Source: Klebsormidium nitens (lineage: Eukaryota; Plantae; Klebsormidiophyceae). From it: DNA of 64,000 nt. Positions 36,101 through 49,871 of the stretch are shown one piece after another. Position numbers and translations under genes: made by a program. Position 1 is the stretch's first letter; each line of letters begins with the position of its first letter. The stretch is from NCBI GenBank assembly GCA_000708835.1, contig DF237469.1, positions 786-64,785 on the forward strand, given 5' to 3'. The notes under the pieces are model-generated. The model saw only the letters and a list, made by a program, of their open reading frames with translations, ran no database searches and was not told the DNA's origin.

Positions 36101-39100
36101 AGGTGGCGTCTCCCAAATACCGGGTAATGATCGAGTACGCCCAGCTGACGGTGAAGAAGCCTGATACTCCGGATGCGGTACTAGAAGTTACTGACACGAA
36201 AACAAGTGAGCCTTACATTGAGAGCAGACACTCTCTTCCCAGGCTGGTCCACAAGGAAGGCCACAAGCCTTGATGCTTCTCTTTGTTGGGAATGGGTGCA
36301 GGAACCTTTGCACACAGCAATCGTTCTGCGCCTCTCCCGAGCTTCTCACATCAGCCACGCTAACCGTGGCGAACTTGGTCTCCTTCTGTGCAACGTTGCT
36401 GCCTTCCGTCTCGCATGCACTGACTTAATCAGATGTTACGTCATTGAGGTTTGGAATCTATTGTTGACAACCGTAGCCGCTGTGCTGTCCAGAAACCAAG
36501 TTCAAGCTGCTGGAGGGGCCCGACGACAGGGGTCAGGTTGTGCGCCTGTACAACGCTTGCAAAGGGCTCGTGCCGGTGGGTACCCCTTCTGTGTACGCTG
36601 GGCTCTATTAGAGTACGAACAACTGCTAGGAACCCTGAGCGTACCACATGCTTTTCTTGACAACTGTAACTTTCGGAAACGTCCTGACCACATTGATATT
36701 TTTGATTCACTGCTTTTTCGTGTCGATATCTTGTCGTGTTGGTACTCTTGTCCTCTACACAGTATGAACGGAGAGTTCGTCGGAACAGGATCGGAACAGG
36801 ATGCTGCAACTGGTCTGCGGGTCGAAGCCCTGCTGTTTTACTGAACCCACCTTTACAAACGATGGTTTTTCTAGGAGAATGAATCTAGCAATTTCTGGTC
36901 GGACAGCAGAATCCATCCATAGTTGCTTGGCATCTCTCGCTTCTTTTCAAGACCTTGGTTGTTGTCTAAATTGACGTGAGTCATTGTGTACGGTCAACGT
37001 TTCTAACGAGAGCTGTCGCTAAAAGGCTTGCACTGTGACATTGTCACGAAACGTTTCCCTCTCGGTCCTTCAAGAGGAGGATCACAATGTTGCAGCGGCA
37101 ATCTGCAATGCGTTTGGTGCAAGAACATCGGACTTCGACACTGCACTCAATCTTCGGCCAAGTCGTCAGAGGTCATAGAAAACGCCACATGGCCGTGCGT
37201 CAATTCCCACGCCTCACTTTCGCCCTTCAGGTCGGCGCCCCGGGCACTCCACCGGCTCCTATGAGCGCACCGTTCCCGCCTATCCCTGCCAACTACCTTC
37301 CTCAAGGGGCGTCAGGATCTGCGGCCCCGCCTGCTAGTCGGCCAACGAGTTCTGGGACTCCGCCATCTCAGCGTCCTGACGGGAAGGTCGCAGCCTCGGA
37401 GGACGAAGCGCTCGCAATGGCGATAGCCGCATCCCTTGAGACGGCCAAGCAGGAGCCGGGGGCTGCCGCATCGCATGACAAGTGAGATCGTCTGGGTCTC
37501 TGGTTTGGTTGTTGGTGCTTTCGTGATTGGACCCCGGGAAGGTCCTGGAACCTTTTGGTCTTCGATCTATCGAGGGTACTATGGTTCTTTTTGAAGCTTT
37601 TCATGTATTCTCTTGGCAAAATGAAGATCTTGGTGTCTCATCGTCTCGATATTCGATTCTGGATGCATCAGTCCGGATCGCGAAAGTGCTGTTGTTTGGT
37701 CCTCGTGCTTACTGCACTGGAGCCTCCAACATCCGCCCTGTGCCTACAGCGTCATGTGAATTCCAATCCACAGTCCTCTTCTCCCCTGCCTCCCAGCCCA
37801 TGAATCAAAAGCGTTCGGCAGGTTTTAACCAAAGAGCGAAGGAGATCTTCCAAGACATGCGCCACTATCAGGCCAGATTTTCCTTCTATCCTGTAGCACC
37901 AGTTCCTTTTATTGATGAGCACCTCTCTCTTGCCAGGTACAACGGCTGGGCGGACCAGGAGAGTTCCCAGTATGGCGGCTGGGGCGGTTCCGCAGCTTCC
38001 GCACGCCCGAGAACGCCCCCCGCTGCGAACCACCCCCCAACCGCCGCAGGCCCTGCTGCCGGCGCGGCTGCCGCTTACATGCCCGCCCCGTTGCCATCGC
38101 GCGCCCCGACAGGGCCCAAGGCGGTCACTGCGAACTTGCCTGGGGCAGCGGCGTCGGCACTGCCAGCTGTTCCGGGGCGCCAGCCGAAGCCCCCCGGGTC
38201 GGAGTACGGAGGCTGGGCCGTGGTGGAGGAGGGGCCCGGGGGCTGGGGAGAGGGACGAGGTGAGGGATCCCCTGTCCTCCGTTTGGCTCTTCTTACATGT
38301 TAGGCGTGGTTATGTCATTGCGGTTACGATTGTGAAGAATTGATGCGGCGGAGTTTGACAAATATGGCAGCGATGGCTTGCCTACTGTCGATATAGTTTG
38401 AGACAAACTGACGGGAGTAGATGTTGGCCTGGTTGATAACATGGACCCAATGCCTTACCAGTAATAGACGGACGGTTGCAAAGTGTAGGGCAGAAGAAAC
38501 GGTGGTGTCGTTTGTACGCAAATTACTTCGCGACCTGCCCACACACTCGCCCAGACATGAAGGTGTGATTGGGTTTAAGGTCCATGCCGGATCTCTCCGT
38601 GTCATCAGTTGAGATGCGGATTCTTTGAGAGCGTAATCAGGAGCCGTTTCGTAGGAAGCATATGCACCCATCGGCTCTGTTGCGGCATAAGTGTTCCTGA
38701 TTCTACTCGTTTTGCTTCCATGTTTTGATGTTTTAGACAGGAATCTGAAGATTCAGTTGGGCTGGCGTAACGCCTCACCCCAAGCTCATACAAGCTCTGC
38801 GTTTGTGTCCAGTTGCGTCCACCCCTTCAGCGCCCCCGGCAGCCTCAGCCTCGGCGCCCCCCCTCCCGTCATCGGAAGGCGGCGTCAGTTACGACTACCG
38901 CCCAGGAGGCTCCTCCGACGCCCACCAACGGGCGGCCCAGTACGACTACCGCCCCTCCGCAGGTGGGTCTTCCACCCCCGGGGCAGGTTACGCTGTGGTC
39001 GGGGACACAGCCTCGGGCACTTCTGAGGGAGCCGGTGCGAGCTATAATTATCAACCGGAGGCTCGTACTGGGCGCCCGCAAGGGGCCACGTACGATTACC

Positions 39101-40043
39101 ACCCTGGGGCACACGCCGAGGGCGGGGCTGGCAGGATTGCGTACCCGAGCATCGACCAGTCGCCTGTGACGTATCCGACCATCTCGGCAGAGGATCTGAG
39201 GAAACCCAACTTGGGCGGAGCAGGTTAGTGGACAAGGCGTGTTGCTGAACGTAATGCTGGATTATGGCGCGGTTGGATTAGAACGTAAGTAGTAAATTAG
39301 CGGGTTTTCCCGGTCGGTTGTGGTGGCGCTTTGAGAGCAGCGCGAGGTATGCAAATGGCTTTTTGAATGTGTTAAGACGGATTTTTCGAAAGTCAGCAGC
39401 CGATTTGAGACACTCCTTAGTAACAATCAACTCCGCATCCGTCTTGACGGTGTTCAAAAGCTGCGGGATCTGTCTGCTTGAACATAATCTTGGGCTCCTT
39501 GTCAGAGGCTGGTCTAAGCATGCAAGTCAATTTTGAGTTCTCAGGTTGCTGGGTTCACAAACCCCCGATTTGCTCTTCTAATCTTGTCCGCTTCTGACAC
39601 TCGGTGGCAGTGTCTTAGAAGACTCCGAAGTTGCTCATAGTCCAGTAAAAAGTAGTAGAGCTGTATTGCAGATTATTGATATGGCCTCTTCTGGTTTCTT
39701 TTTAATGGCGGAAATGTTACTGGAGAGCTGTGTTACCACCACTCTGCCTTTTGTACACGTATGGCGTGAAATATAAGATCGTTATGTGCTCAAGACATGG
39801 TGTTCATTAACCAAGTACCGTGTTGAACCTGAACTCTTGTCTGCAGGTGCATCGAGTTTGAAGAGAGCTGGTGAACCCCAATGCGCAGTCTGTATGGATC
39901 AGCCTGCGGAAGCAGTATGCATCCCTTGTGGACATGTTGCAGGCTGCATGGATTGCTTGACGGAGATTAAGAGGAAGGGGATGGGGTGTCCGATTTGCAG
40001 GACGCCCATCAAAGATGTCGTGAAAATATTTCTGCCCAACTAG
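33126..40043 (+). CDS. XBAT35: XBAT34/XBAT35-like ankyrin-repeat RING-HC E3 ubiquitin ligase, about 643 aa
   Basis: 13 phase-consistent exons: 33126-33155, 33332-33403, 33831-33945, 34314-34394, 34806-34894, 35249-35346, 35621-35699, 36103-36205, 36493-36575, 37231-37481, 37937-38259, 38813-39223, 39847-40043. MGQ N-terminus; ankyrin repeats GRTSLMYAC and GGTPLHHAAR; EDEALAMAIAASL; RING CAVCMD...CIPCGHVAGCMDC...CPICR. Confidence 0.93.
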
Positions 40044-42295
40044 CACGGGCCACTTAGCTTTCTTGGAAAGTCTACATCAATGGCAAAAGCGTGGATATGC
40101 AGTCTTTCCTCCACCTACTAAGGTACTTGGCCGGTTTGCACCTGTAGTGTAGGGACTGAAACAGACGTCGTTTACATTGATCCGGTGTTTGTCCCTTGTG
40201 ATGTGATGTTGAAAGCTTAGGACAAGCTAAGAGAACCTGGAAAGCTGGTAGTTGCAAATTGATAAAATAGTTCATTTCTACTTGAGCTTAGGCACTTAGC
40301 CTCCCGTCGGGCCTGTAACTCATGGGTGATCCTGTATCGTTTGGTTTACATAAAACATTTTGTTTAGCTAGCCTGATCGAGTGCGATCATGGTTCAATCT
40401 AAAAAACTCTCTATCTGTAATTGCGATCATGCATTTGTCAAGATCTATACGACCATATATGGATAGTCGTTCCCGTTCAGACAAGGTCACTAGGCACTTC
40501 TCAACGCTTTCGATAGTAGCTGTGCTTTATTGAGATGATTGTCCATAGTAGGCTACCGTCACTTGCCCGGCTCCCCATGGCGGCTCCGGCCGGTGCGCGC
40601 GACTAGCTAGCCCGAGCCTACTACTCAGAGACTCAGCTTTGAACGTCGGCCCGGGTCACGTCCGAGGTTCAGGCGCGCGCGGCCGGGCCGCGGGCCGGCC
40701 CGGCCATGAAACTTGGCCCTGCCGCCGCGGTTTCAAGGTTCGAAAGAGAGATTCTACTAGCTAGCGAGCTTTTGTCGGTGAGACAAACTTGCGAAGGCTA
40801 CACGTGGCGCGATGGGACTGCTTGAACGGTGTTTGCGCGAGCACCAGGAGAAGTTGTCGGACTTTCGAGCTGAGCCTACCGGTACCTAAATTGGTACATC
40901 TGGCAGCTACAGGTGAGTACATGCCAGGCACGTAGGTACAGACGACCGGTACGCAAGCTACCTCGACGCCTCGTAGTACCCACCGTATTTCCTGACAGTC
41001 TGAACCGGCCAGTACAGCAGCGGAATCCGACAGAGGTGGAGATTCCGATCTTACACGCGTGGGCGGACACCGGATCCTCGTGGTCGGAACTCGTTTTCGG
41101 GCCTGTTGAGAGTGACCGGGAGGGCGGGACGGGATTCCTCGAATCGTACTCTCTTCACAGGACGTTAATTCCAACACGGCTTCCGTCACAATTCGGTCAC
41201 TTCAACCGGGACACCCTCCAGGCCCCGGCTAGCTTTCCATTTCCAGCAGCATTTGACATTTTCACCGTCACCATCTAATCTGCCGCTATTTGCTGACTTA
41301 GCACGGCCATGGATGGCCTCCGACGTCGATCAATGGGTTCGAGCAACACAGGTTAAACTAGTCTCACATATGGTGTAAAACAATGTATCTCTCCTAAGGC
41401 TGGGTTTGAGATCGACAGAACTCGGCTAGGCTAAGTACCTGACCGTGGGTTTACTTCTTGCCGAGCACGATACCAAATCGCGACCGTAACAACGTTACCG
41501 CCCGCTCTCTCCGGCGCCCGGCCGTTTCCCTGCAAGTCTCGACACCTAGTACGGTATCTGCGCCAGGACCGCATGCATTTATACGTACTGCAGGGTACGC
41601 GGTGCCTGTGAGGTGAGAACGGTACCTACGGTGAACTTTCGAACCGTGAGTACACTCTAACGGCAATGTACCGTCGCTAGGTACCCGTAGTCCAACGGAA
41701 TGATCCGAATAAATAAATAATCATTTGCAATCTGGAAATCAGAAATTCGGATTGCGCGTTCGCAAAGTGGAGATTCGGAAAGGTTTATTTATTTCTGAAA
41801 TGGTCCTTGGAAGCCAGGAAACGGCCAGAATCGGCCTCAAAACCCCCTGCCTAGTGGGAACATAGGGCATTCGGATTCTTGTGGGAATCAGCATGCTTAT
41901 TTTTAATTATTCTCAGATAAATCCGCTTTTCTGGTCGGATTGTCGGGAAAATCTCCCAAATAAAATCGTTCGGAATCATCACGTTGGACTACGGGTACCT
42001 AATTTTCAGTACACCTTTTCATTTTCCTAGGCGTCCGGGGGTGGCGGAAGGGGTCTCTCTGTGGTGATTTGCAGTGGCGACCCTTTTCCCGGCGCCACAT
42101 TGGTCGCGTTGATGCAAAGACCTCAGGCTACCTAGTTGATAAGCAGAGGGCTGCAGGGCGTTGAAAGCGACTGGGACTAGGGGGAAATGCTGCATTAGCC
42201 TGCGGTTTCTCGGAGTTGATGCTGTCAGCTGCGCTGGAATCCTGAGCTGCTCGCAGCTTTGTCCAACTTGTTAAACGTCCACAAGGCGGAGAGCC

Positions 42296-45200
42296 ATGGG
42301 GGCCAAGTCGGGGCCCTGCACTCACTGCGGAATCACAGGTGAGACGAAATGTTTTTTGAGGTGGCGCCTGAGTTTGGAGCAGCCTGTTGTGGCTCCACTT
42401 CTCCTTTTGTCTGGCCACATTTGGAGCAGTTTTTGGGTTAGCCCTCAGGTACAAGATGCTTGGACATGTTGTGTTCGTGAGCATGTAATAGAATCATACT
42501 TCAGAGTTTGGAGCCGGAAGGAAGAGCTTATGGCAGCATGGATTAGAGCTCACGGCAGCTTAAAATGCTTCCGGGCGGTCCCACATCGGAAACCCCGACC
42601 ATGGTAGCTCGCATCCATAATTTGCATCCTCTTAAGTTGACTCGGAGTGGTGGCAGCATGCGGAGTAGCACTGCGGGGGCTGGCAACAACAAACCCCACG
42701 TTTGGTAGGATCACAATATGTGTACTGTGTTATTATCATTTTGCTATCCTTTGAATTGGCTTGCGGCACGTTTAATCTGTTCTACTCTCAGCTGACCAGC
42801 AAAAGTGAGGAAGCACGGCTCCTGTTTTGCCTTCACAACGGCAGCTGCTTGCATTCTCTGACGGCAGGAGCTCGGACTTGCTTCATTCAAGGAATTTGAC
42901 GGTCGCACAACCACCAAGTGCTACAGTGTTTATAGCAAACGATGTTTGATGAGGAGCCTGTTCTTCCCTCAAGGCCGAGCATGTGCATGAGCGCCCGACG
43001 CCATCCAGGAGTATGTTTAAAAAAAAACCGTTTCCTTTCTTCTCCATGTATGCATGTGGCTTTAATTTGTTGTTGACAAGGATCAGTTTGCTTGTGCATT
43101 CCGCAAGGCTCCTCACACTGGGTTGTTGCAATCTCCAGTGCTGTCAAGAGGTAAATGAGCGATTGCTGCTGCTATGATGCTGAACAGTTTGGAAAGCATG
43201 ATTCTGTTGACAACAGGGCCAACAGAATATGGTTGGTTGGTTAGCTGTGCTTGGCTCAGGATTGATTGGGAGTCTGCGATTGGGAGTGATATAATGGCAG
43301 CTGAGCATGAAAGCTGCCACTGCTCCTTGTCTCTCTGCAATATTTTGGGACAAGCTTGCAGGTTTTACCAAGAGGTCACATGCTATATTCAGTCTGCTCC
43401 TAGTCAAACCTTCATTCCTGGTTGCCACGTCACTGCTGAAACAAAGCTTACCCCCAGTTGCACAAGTTGTCTCTAAGTTTTGCCTGTCGTTCTCGTCAAT
43501 GGGATAAATCGCTGCTCGTGATTGGCCTCAAGAGTCACGAGGGCTCCCCCTCAGGACGTGCTTCCAGCAGCATTGAACCAAGCGAAGCTCCCTTCTTTCA
43601 ACAGCTCCCTCTCTCATCACCAACTGTTCTTCAAGTGTAGAAGTGGTAAAGTCTGCCGGCATTTGCTTTCAGGCCCTGCTCCATTAGACCCCCTGCAGGC
43701 GCGCTTTGCCCAGCCTCTCTCACTGACAGTTCAGTGGATATGATGAAGCTTTCCAGTCACGTCAAATCCTCCATGTAGTCCTTGTCATCAGCCATTAATT
43801 CATCTCTGACGCTCACATTACCTCGATCAATTCAATTTGGATACTTCTCTATCTGTTGATGTATGGATAAGTCTCTTCACCCGCAGCTCCGCTATACACC
43901 CCTCCCCCTAACAGCAGCGAGTCTAGCTGCTGTCCCCCTGCGCGTGACCAAAACAACTGTCCCTCTTCCCTGATTATCCGCTTCTAAGTTTCTGCTCTTC
44001 CCCCCCCTGCAGCTACTCCCTTATGGAGGAGGGGGCCCCCTGAGAAGCCGATCCTATGCAACGCCTGCGGATCTCGATGGCGGCATCGGGGCACTCTGGC
44101 TGGCTACATGCCAATGCAAGTGACAGGCCTCTCGACGTGTCACGTTCCCACTGGGTTTGTAGCTTCAGACGAGCCAGTGATCCCCCGAGTCAAGTCAGCG
44201 GGGAGTCTCAAGCGAAAGGAGCGCTCGGAGAGGGTTGGCCAGGTTAGTGGCTGAAGCACCCTCAGCAGCTGTCTGCTAGTGATAGTTCTGCTAGCTTTGG
44301 GCTTATAGGCAGTGGTCTGAGTGCCCTTGTGCATTGGTTATATCTGATCCCTGATTGATCAGCATTTAGTGTCTGCCGGAGGCATGTGCAAGTTGGTTGA
44401 TGTTGCTGCTAAAAATGTGCTTCTTCTGCGAGCTGGGGCTTTGCAGTCCTCTGGTGGCCTTGGTTCAACATGCTAGTGAGTATATATCAACATCTCAAGT
44501 AGAATGTTGACTTGGCATCCTCCGTTTGCATCTTCTGGTCATCAGATGCTGCAGGTAGCCAGCTGCTGAAACCCTTTGTTTGGGGCACTCATATTTTAGC
44601 TTGACCTGTCTTCTTTTCCTGGTCCGTCTGCACTTTGGTTTTCCCCTCCTGGCAGATCTGTGAGTCCTTTTTGCTCTTTCTTCTAACTTGTTGCTCCCTC
44701 TGTGCTTCTACTATGTGCCTTCAACAGTTTGTGGTGTAGCTAAGAGTGATCCACATTGAAAAAGGAAAAAACCTACATATCCATTATGCACTCGGTTTAC
44801 AGAGCAGGCCAAAACGTTATATGCTTCAGCACGCGCGTTGGGACACTAGCCCTCTCCCAAGTCATGGTCCATGATTTAAAAAGGAAAACAGTAACAGATC
44901 TATTACCCTCCTTCTTTGTCTTTTGCACAGCACAGGCCTCAGCATTGCTCACCGAGACCTCAAACAGCGTCAAGTGTGTGCTAGCTTCTTGCATCTGCTC
45001 AAAAGGTCATACTGCTCACCACTGCTCCGTACCAAGTCTAGCAAGCACCATCTGATGCAGGGGCCACTCTGCTACCCTCAACTGCTCAAGTGACTGCAAA
45101 GAGCAGAGGAACCTTAACAACCAGCAAACAGCGACGTTCATATATGAGAGCATTTTGATGGTAATGAAGAGCTGATCTGACTTCTGTTTGCTGACTGCAG

Positions 45201-48070
45201 GACTCTGAGAGGGGCCTGAGCGACCGGTTGCGGGAGCGGAGGGAAAAGGACGGCTATGAAACGGACGGCTCAGAGGCATCACTGTCAGGGCAGGCGGCCA
45301 GGCGGAAGATGTCCCCCAGTGAGTTTTACGCGGTCATTCTGTAAAGTGTCAGGTGCCGCTGAAGCCCTCACAGAAGAAGGATGATGAAGTCATTCTTGCT
45401 GAGTTTCATCCTTTCTGACAGGTTGGCGACAGGGCTTTTTGTCACTGACCCAGACAGCGTTGTAGCAGGGCCAGTTGCTCTGAAGTTGGGTTTGACTTTA
45501 CAGGAGGGAGGCATTTGGAGCATTTGAGGTTGTCTCCATTTAGTGTTGTTGTGCAAGGTTTAGCGCTGTTGTATCCAACTTTCACATTGTAGTTGATTGT
45601 TCGTCAATCATCTTTCTCCACATCTTGCTTCATATCTCAAGCACCCTCTGCATGATACACGAGCTCTCTTTCTTGAGTTCCCACCTCACGAGCGTTGGAA
45701 TCTTTGTCTCCCTTCACCGCTACTGGTTGATCCATGTTGTTGGTAGCTCTTAAGCCCTTCATGTCTGGAACTTCTGCCCTCCGAAAAGCAGCAAGGGCTA
45801 CAATGACAGCAGGAACTTGGTCAATGCTATAACTGCAAGAGTCTCTCCTCCTCTCTTCCAGGTTATCCCAACTTCATTCTCTCTTCTCAAGATTCCTTCT
45901 TACCAACTTCAAAATGGGCTCTTGCTGATCCTCTTGCTCACACATGGGCTTTTCCCACAAAAAGCACCAAAAACCCTTCTGGTGTCCCTTCCTTGCCGTG
46001 CCCCACACCCCAACCTCCAATGTTTCTTCTTCTCTTCCATCTTATTGGCACCATATCGCTGAAGCGCTGTCTTCTTATGATATTATTCTAGCACCAATAT
46101 AACACTACGTACAACCTTTCTCTTGCAGGCTGTTCCCCCAACTCGGTCCTCCCTCCTCCCCCCCGCCGTGCGCGCCCCCCCTCCCCGGCGCCAACCACGC
46201 GTGGAGTCAAGCCACCGCGCTGCTCTCCGACCTCCACGCCTTCGACCTCGACCTCTCCGACGTGCTGACGTCAGAGGAGCCCTTCGCGGGGCTGGACGAT
46301 GACGTCACCCTGTTTGACGCCCGCCAGGGGGATCCCCCTGCGGCTGAGCAGCCGCTGAAGAGCCTTGACCCTGGCCAGTACATCTGCGGCCTGGTGGTGC
46401 GGACGCGCGTTGAGGCTTTAGCCGGCCCAGGGGCACGAACCAACTTGTAAGTCTTCCTTTTATTTGCCCTTCCTTTCTATTCTTAACTGAGATAGGGGGT
46501 TTGCTTGCCTGACAGGGATGGGAGTGCGGGAGGAATGAGGGGGTTTGACCCCCTTTCCCCTGCCCCAGGAGGTATTTGTGATCTGAAATTAAGATCAAGG
46601 ATTTTCCAAAGACCTCTCTCTACCTGATTGTCCCTGACGAATGTTATGTAGAATTGGTAAGGGGGCAGCGATGGTTATGAAGCAGCAGATGATCGCTGCA
46701 CCTTATCACCCTGAAAATCATTTTGTACAGAAGGTCTGCACAACAGGTGCATCTTAGGATGTATCTCACTTGGACCCTGCTTTGGTTTTGCTTGTGCAAT
46801 TTTGCAACACCGCACATTTGAGCCCTTCTTGGGCTGCTCTAAGACTAATTCATACTCGTATCCAAGTAAATGGTGGCTGCCTGTCTTCACGAGTTTCTTT
46901 GGAGATCGTAAAAAAGGCCGGCTGAAGATCAGTTACCGTCGTGTTCGTAGGGTTCTCGGTAATCTGAAAAAGCCCTGTGAGCCAAAGCCGTGTTCCTTAC
47001 AGTAGCTGAAGTGGAGGCTGAACCTTCCTTTGCAGGGCCCCCACCAACCACGTGGCAGAGCCGCATGCGTTGAGCAGTAAAGTGGATGCCCAGGTAGGTC
47101 CCTGGGTCGCTCTGCGTTGCCTCCATTGAAAAGTATATCGGTGGTTGTGCATACGTCCAGTCCAGTGCCCTCATGCCGGTGACAAGGCAGGTTCAAGGTC
47201 CCTTGAAACGGTCCTCAATGGTATTCTGTTCCTTGTGCCCGCCACCCAACTGGACACTAACACTGCTCCTAGAACCACTCTTTTTGTTTCTCAGTGTCGA
47301 CGGCTGTAACGGCCAATCAACCCTACAATTGTTCAGTTCAAAGTCAAGTAAAGGCCTATGCAGCAGCATGGTGTATTGCTGCTGTAGGAGAAGTCGTTCC
47401 ATGTGATTGGTCGCCTCCGCTGACCTCGCGTCCTAAACCTCCCCCGCTACAGGCACAGAACAGCATGCCGCTGTTCCCGTCCAGCGCGCGTTTCACCCTG
47501 CCCTGTCGGCACGCCCCACCCGTGCCCTCGGCGCAGGTTGCGTGGCCGCCGGCCGCCCCAGGCCTTGCTCAGCTGAACATCGCCAAGTTGCAGGGCTCCG
47601 ACTTCGGCAACGGGAGTCCCCACAGGGCCTCCTTCCCGGACAACCTCCTATTCAAGGGGGCGGCAGGGCCCGAGTCGCTGAACGATTTCATGGCCCGGAC
47701 GGAGGGAGATAAGCGGTTTGGCGAGCTTGCGGGCGCGCACGGCATGCCGGGATCGCACGATAGTCTGGACTCGGGGGCTAGTTTAGTGTTGGATGAGACC
47801 CGGGAGCACCCCATGGTGGATCTGAACCCTCCCCCTGAGCAGCAACTGCCCCTCTCGGGGGGGGAGTATAAGGCGTTGCTTTCGCCCCCTGCCCCGGAGG
47901 TGCCCCTATGGGGGGCAGAGAAGGGGGGGGAGAAAGACTTGCGGGAGCTGCACCGCATGTTTTCGGCGCCGATTTGGGACAGTTTGGATATGGATCCCCA
48001 TGGAGCGGAGAAGGAGTTTGGGCTTGGACGTTTCTCCGTCCCCCCCGCTGAGGCGGGCCGCCCGATTTGA
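42296..48070 (+). CDS. GATA zinc-finger transcription factor, plant class D type (GATA26/27-like)
   Basis: Exon 42296-42338 ([14 protein letters not shown]) plus exon 44013-44119 ([24 protein letters not shown]) gives C-x2-C-x18-C-x2-C. Further likely exons about 45201-45318, about 46129-46446 ([20 protein letters not shown]) and about 47453-48070. Phases among the last three are not fully resolved. Confidence 0.8.
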
Positions 48071-49158
48071 GGTATGAAAGAAATATGCGGTAGGGCAGAT
48101 GATCAAGTATAAGCTCCAGGTCGAGCTAACCATTGTTTGGGGAATAAGGGACGAGCAGCGTGCTCTGCCAATGTCATGGGGGGAGGGGAAATAGACTAAG
48201 GTTAAGCAACATGTTGCCCGCGTTGTTGGCATGCTATAAGGGTGTAGCCACCGTACCGCCAACACGTGGTCAGCCTGACTGGAGTGGGGTAGGGGCCTGC
48301 AACAGCTTGTGAAACTTGGCAGCGCGTAGTGTACTCCCAACGGTTATCTGCTATAAACAGTTGACGACACTTCGTACAATGTTGGACTTCGCTTCAGTGG
48401 ACCGTCTTAGACGAGCCGAGCTTTGTGTTGTGTTGAAAGTAGGGTCCATCACCAGCCCCATGTAAGGAAGGACACTCTTCCAAACCCGGGAAAGGCGATA
48501 AGAAACGGCCCATCTGCTACCGACTCTCAGAAGACCTTGACTAGCCAGATTCTGCCCAGATCGTCTACAGAGCAACGACAATGATCAGTCTAGTGGCATC
48601 GTTGTACTATAATTGCCCTGTAGACAAGTTGCAATCTGGGATATAAGCTGGTTTGACGATCGGATCAGCTAGGCCGCATGCAGACTATACTATGCGTTAT
48701 TTTGTATTCGTTTTTGAACATCCAGGACCCGTTGGCAACGCTGGCAATACATAGGCTGGCCCGCTTTGTGTAACTGAGACGGGTGTATACTTACTCAGGC
48801 GGCTTGAAACAACCAGCAAGCTTTTGGCCCCCATTGGACTCACTTGTTCCTCCAAAAATATTTCTGATACTGAGCTCTTGCACAGGAAATACACTGCCCA
48901 TGGGCATGAATTTGGCCCTTCAATATATATTTCGATGGATCTGCATGCCGTTAGAGTCGCCCCTGGTATTGCCGAGTCTGCATCATGATCATCGGATGGG
49001 GCCAGCGCTACGCCGACGCGGCCTGCCGTTACTTAATGCTGATTTCAAGAAGCGAATTTGCATGCCGGGCCCATGACATGGCGGCCGGATGGTGGCCAGA
49101 GCGAGATCCTAAGTCGATCTAGTTGCATGCTCCAATCATTGCCATGCGCGGCCATGTC

Positions 49159-49359
49159 CCAGGGTTTCCCACAGTGCCGGGAAAGGACCCCAGCTGGTGC
49201 CGGAGGCACCGTCCCCGCCGGCTGGCTAGCAGGCAAAATCGACAGGCACTCAGGTCGTTCCGCTGGCCGGTAGAGCAAAATGCTACTCCCCAGCTGGTAC
49301 CACCGGGGGGCTGCCAATTCAGCTGGCTGGCCGGGACGCAAACCCATGGGAAACCCTGG
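49159..49359. mobile_element. About 200 bp MITE-like element with hAT-like TIRs
   Basis: Perfect 13-bp TIR CCAGGGTTTCCCA (49159-49171) / TGGGAAACCCTGG (49347-49359). Flanking direct repeat CCATGTC at 49152-49158 and 49360-49366 (or 8-bp GCCATGTC if the TIR is 12 bp with one extra C on the left). Internal CCCCAGCTGG repeats. Confidence 0.7.
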
Positions 49360-49871
49360 CCATGTCTCGCTGCGGGCGTCAATTGAGCTAGCTGGATGAC
49401 ATTCAACATTCATGATTGAGCGGCGAGCAATGACGCGCCGCGCTGATTAAGTCTGGCATCAACATGCAGCATGTGCAACTATACTATATGCCATATAGCT
49501 TGTGCACCTGCTTCGATAGACTCGGCGGCGCTAGTGCGGAACGCTCCAACGGCTTAATTTCCAACGCAGCTATACAGTGACCGTCTGCGCTAGCAGACAA
49601 AACTTAAGATATGCCGCGCCCAGTCTATAGACTCGGAAGATGAAACATGTACGCCCGTCGATCTTTGGAGATTTGTCGGATCCCACACATGCTGCCACAC
49701 CGCGTAACGAGACGGTTGGCACTGAGCTAGCGATATGCATGTCACACTAAGGCCATTGCCGTCGACACTAAGGACCGTTGCTAGATGTATCTGTTGCCCG
49801 CTAGCCTGGTGAGCGAGGAGCACGGCCGCGCTGGGGCAAACCATCTTTTCGACGTTCCATGTATGTTAGTA

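Noticed and set aside
41700-41980. AT-rich segment upstream of GATA with weak terminal inverted similarity
   Set aside because: TIR match is poor and there is no TSD; possibly an old MITE but unsupported.
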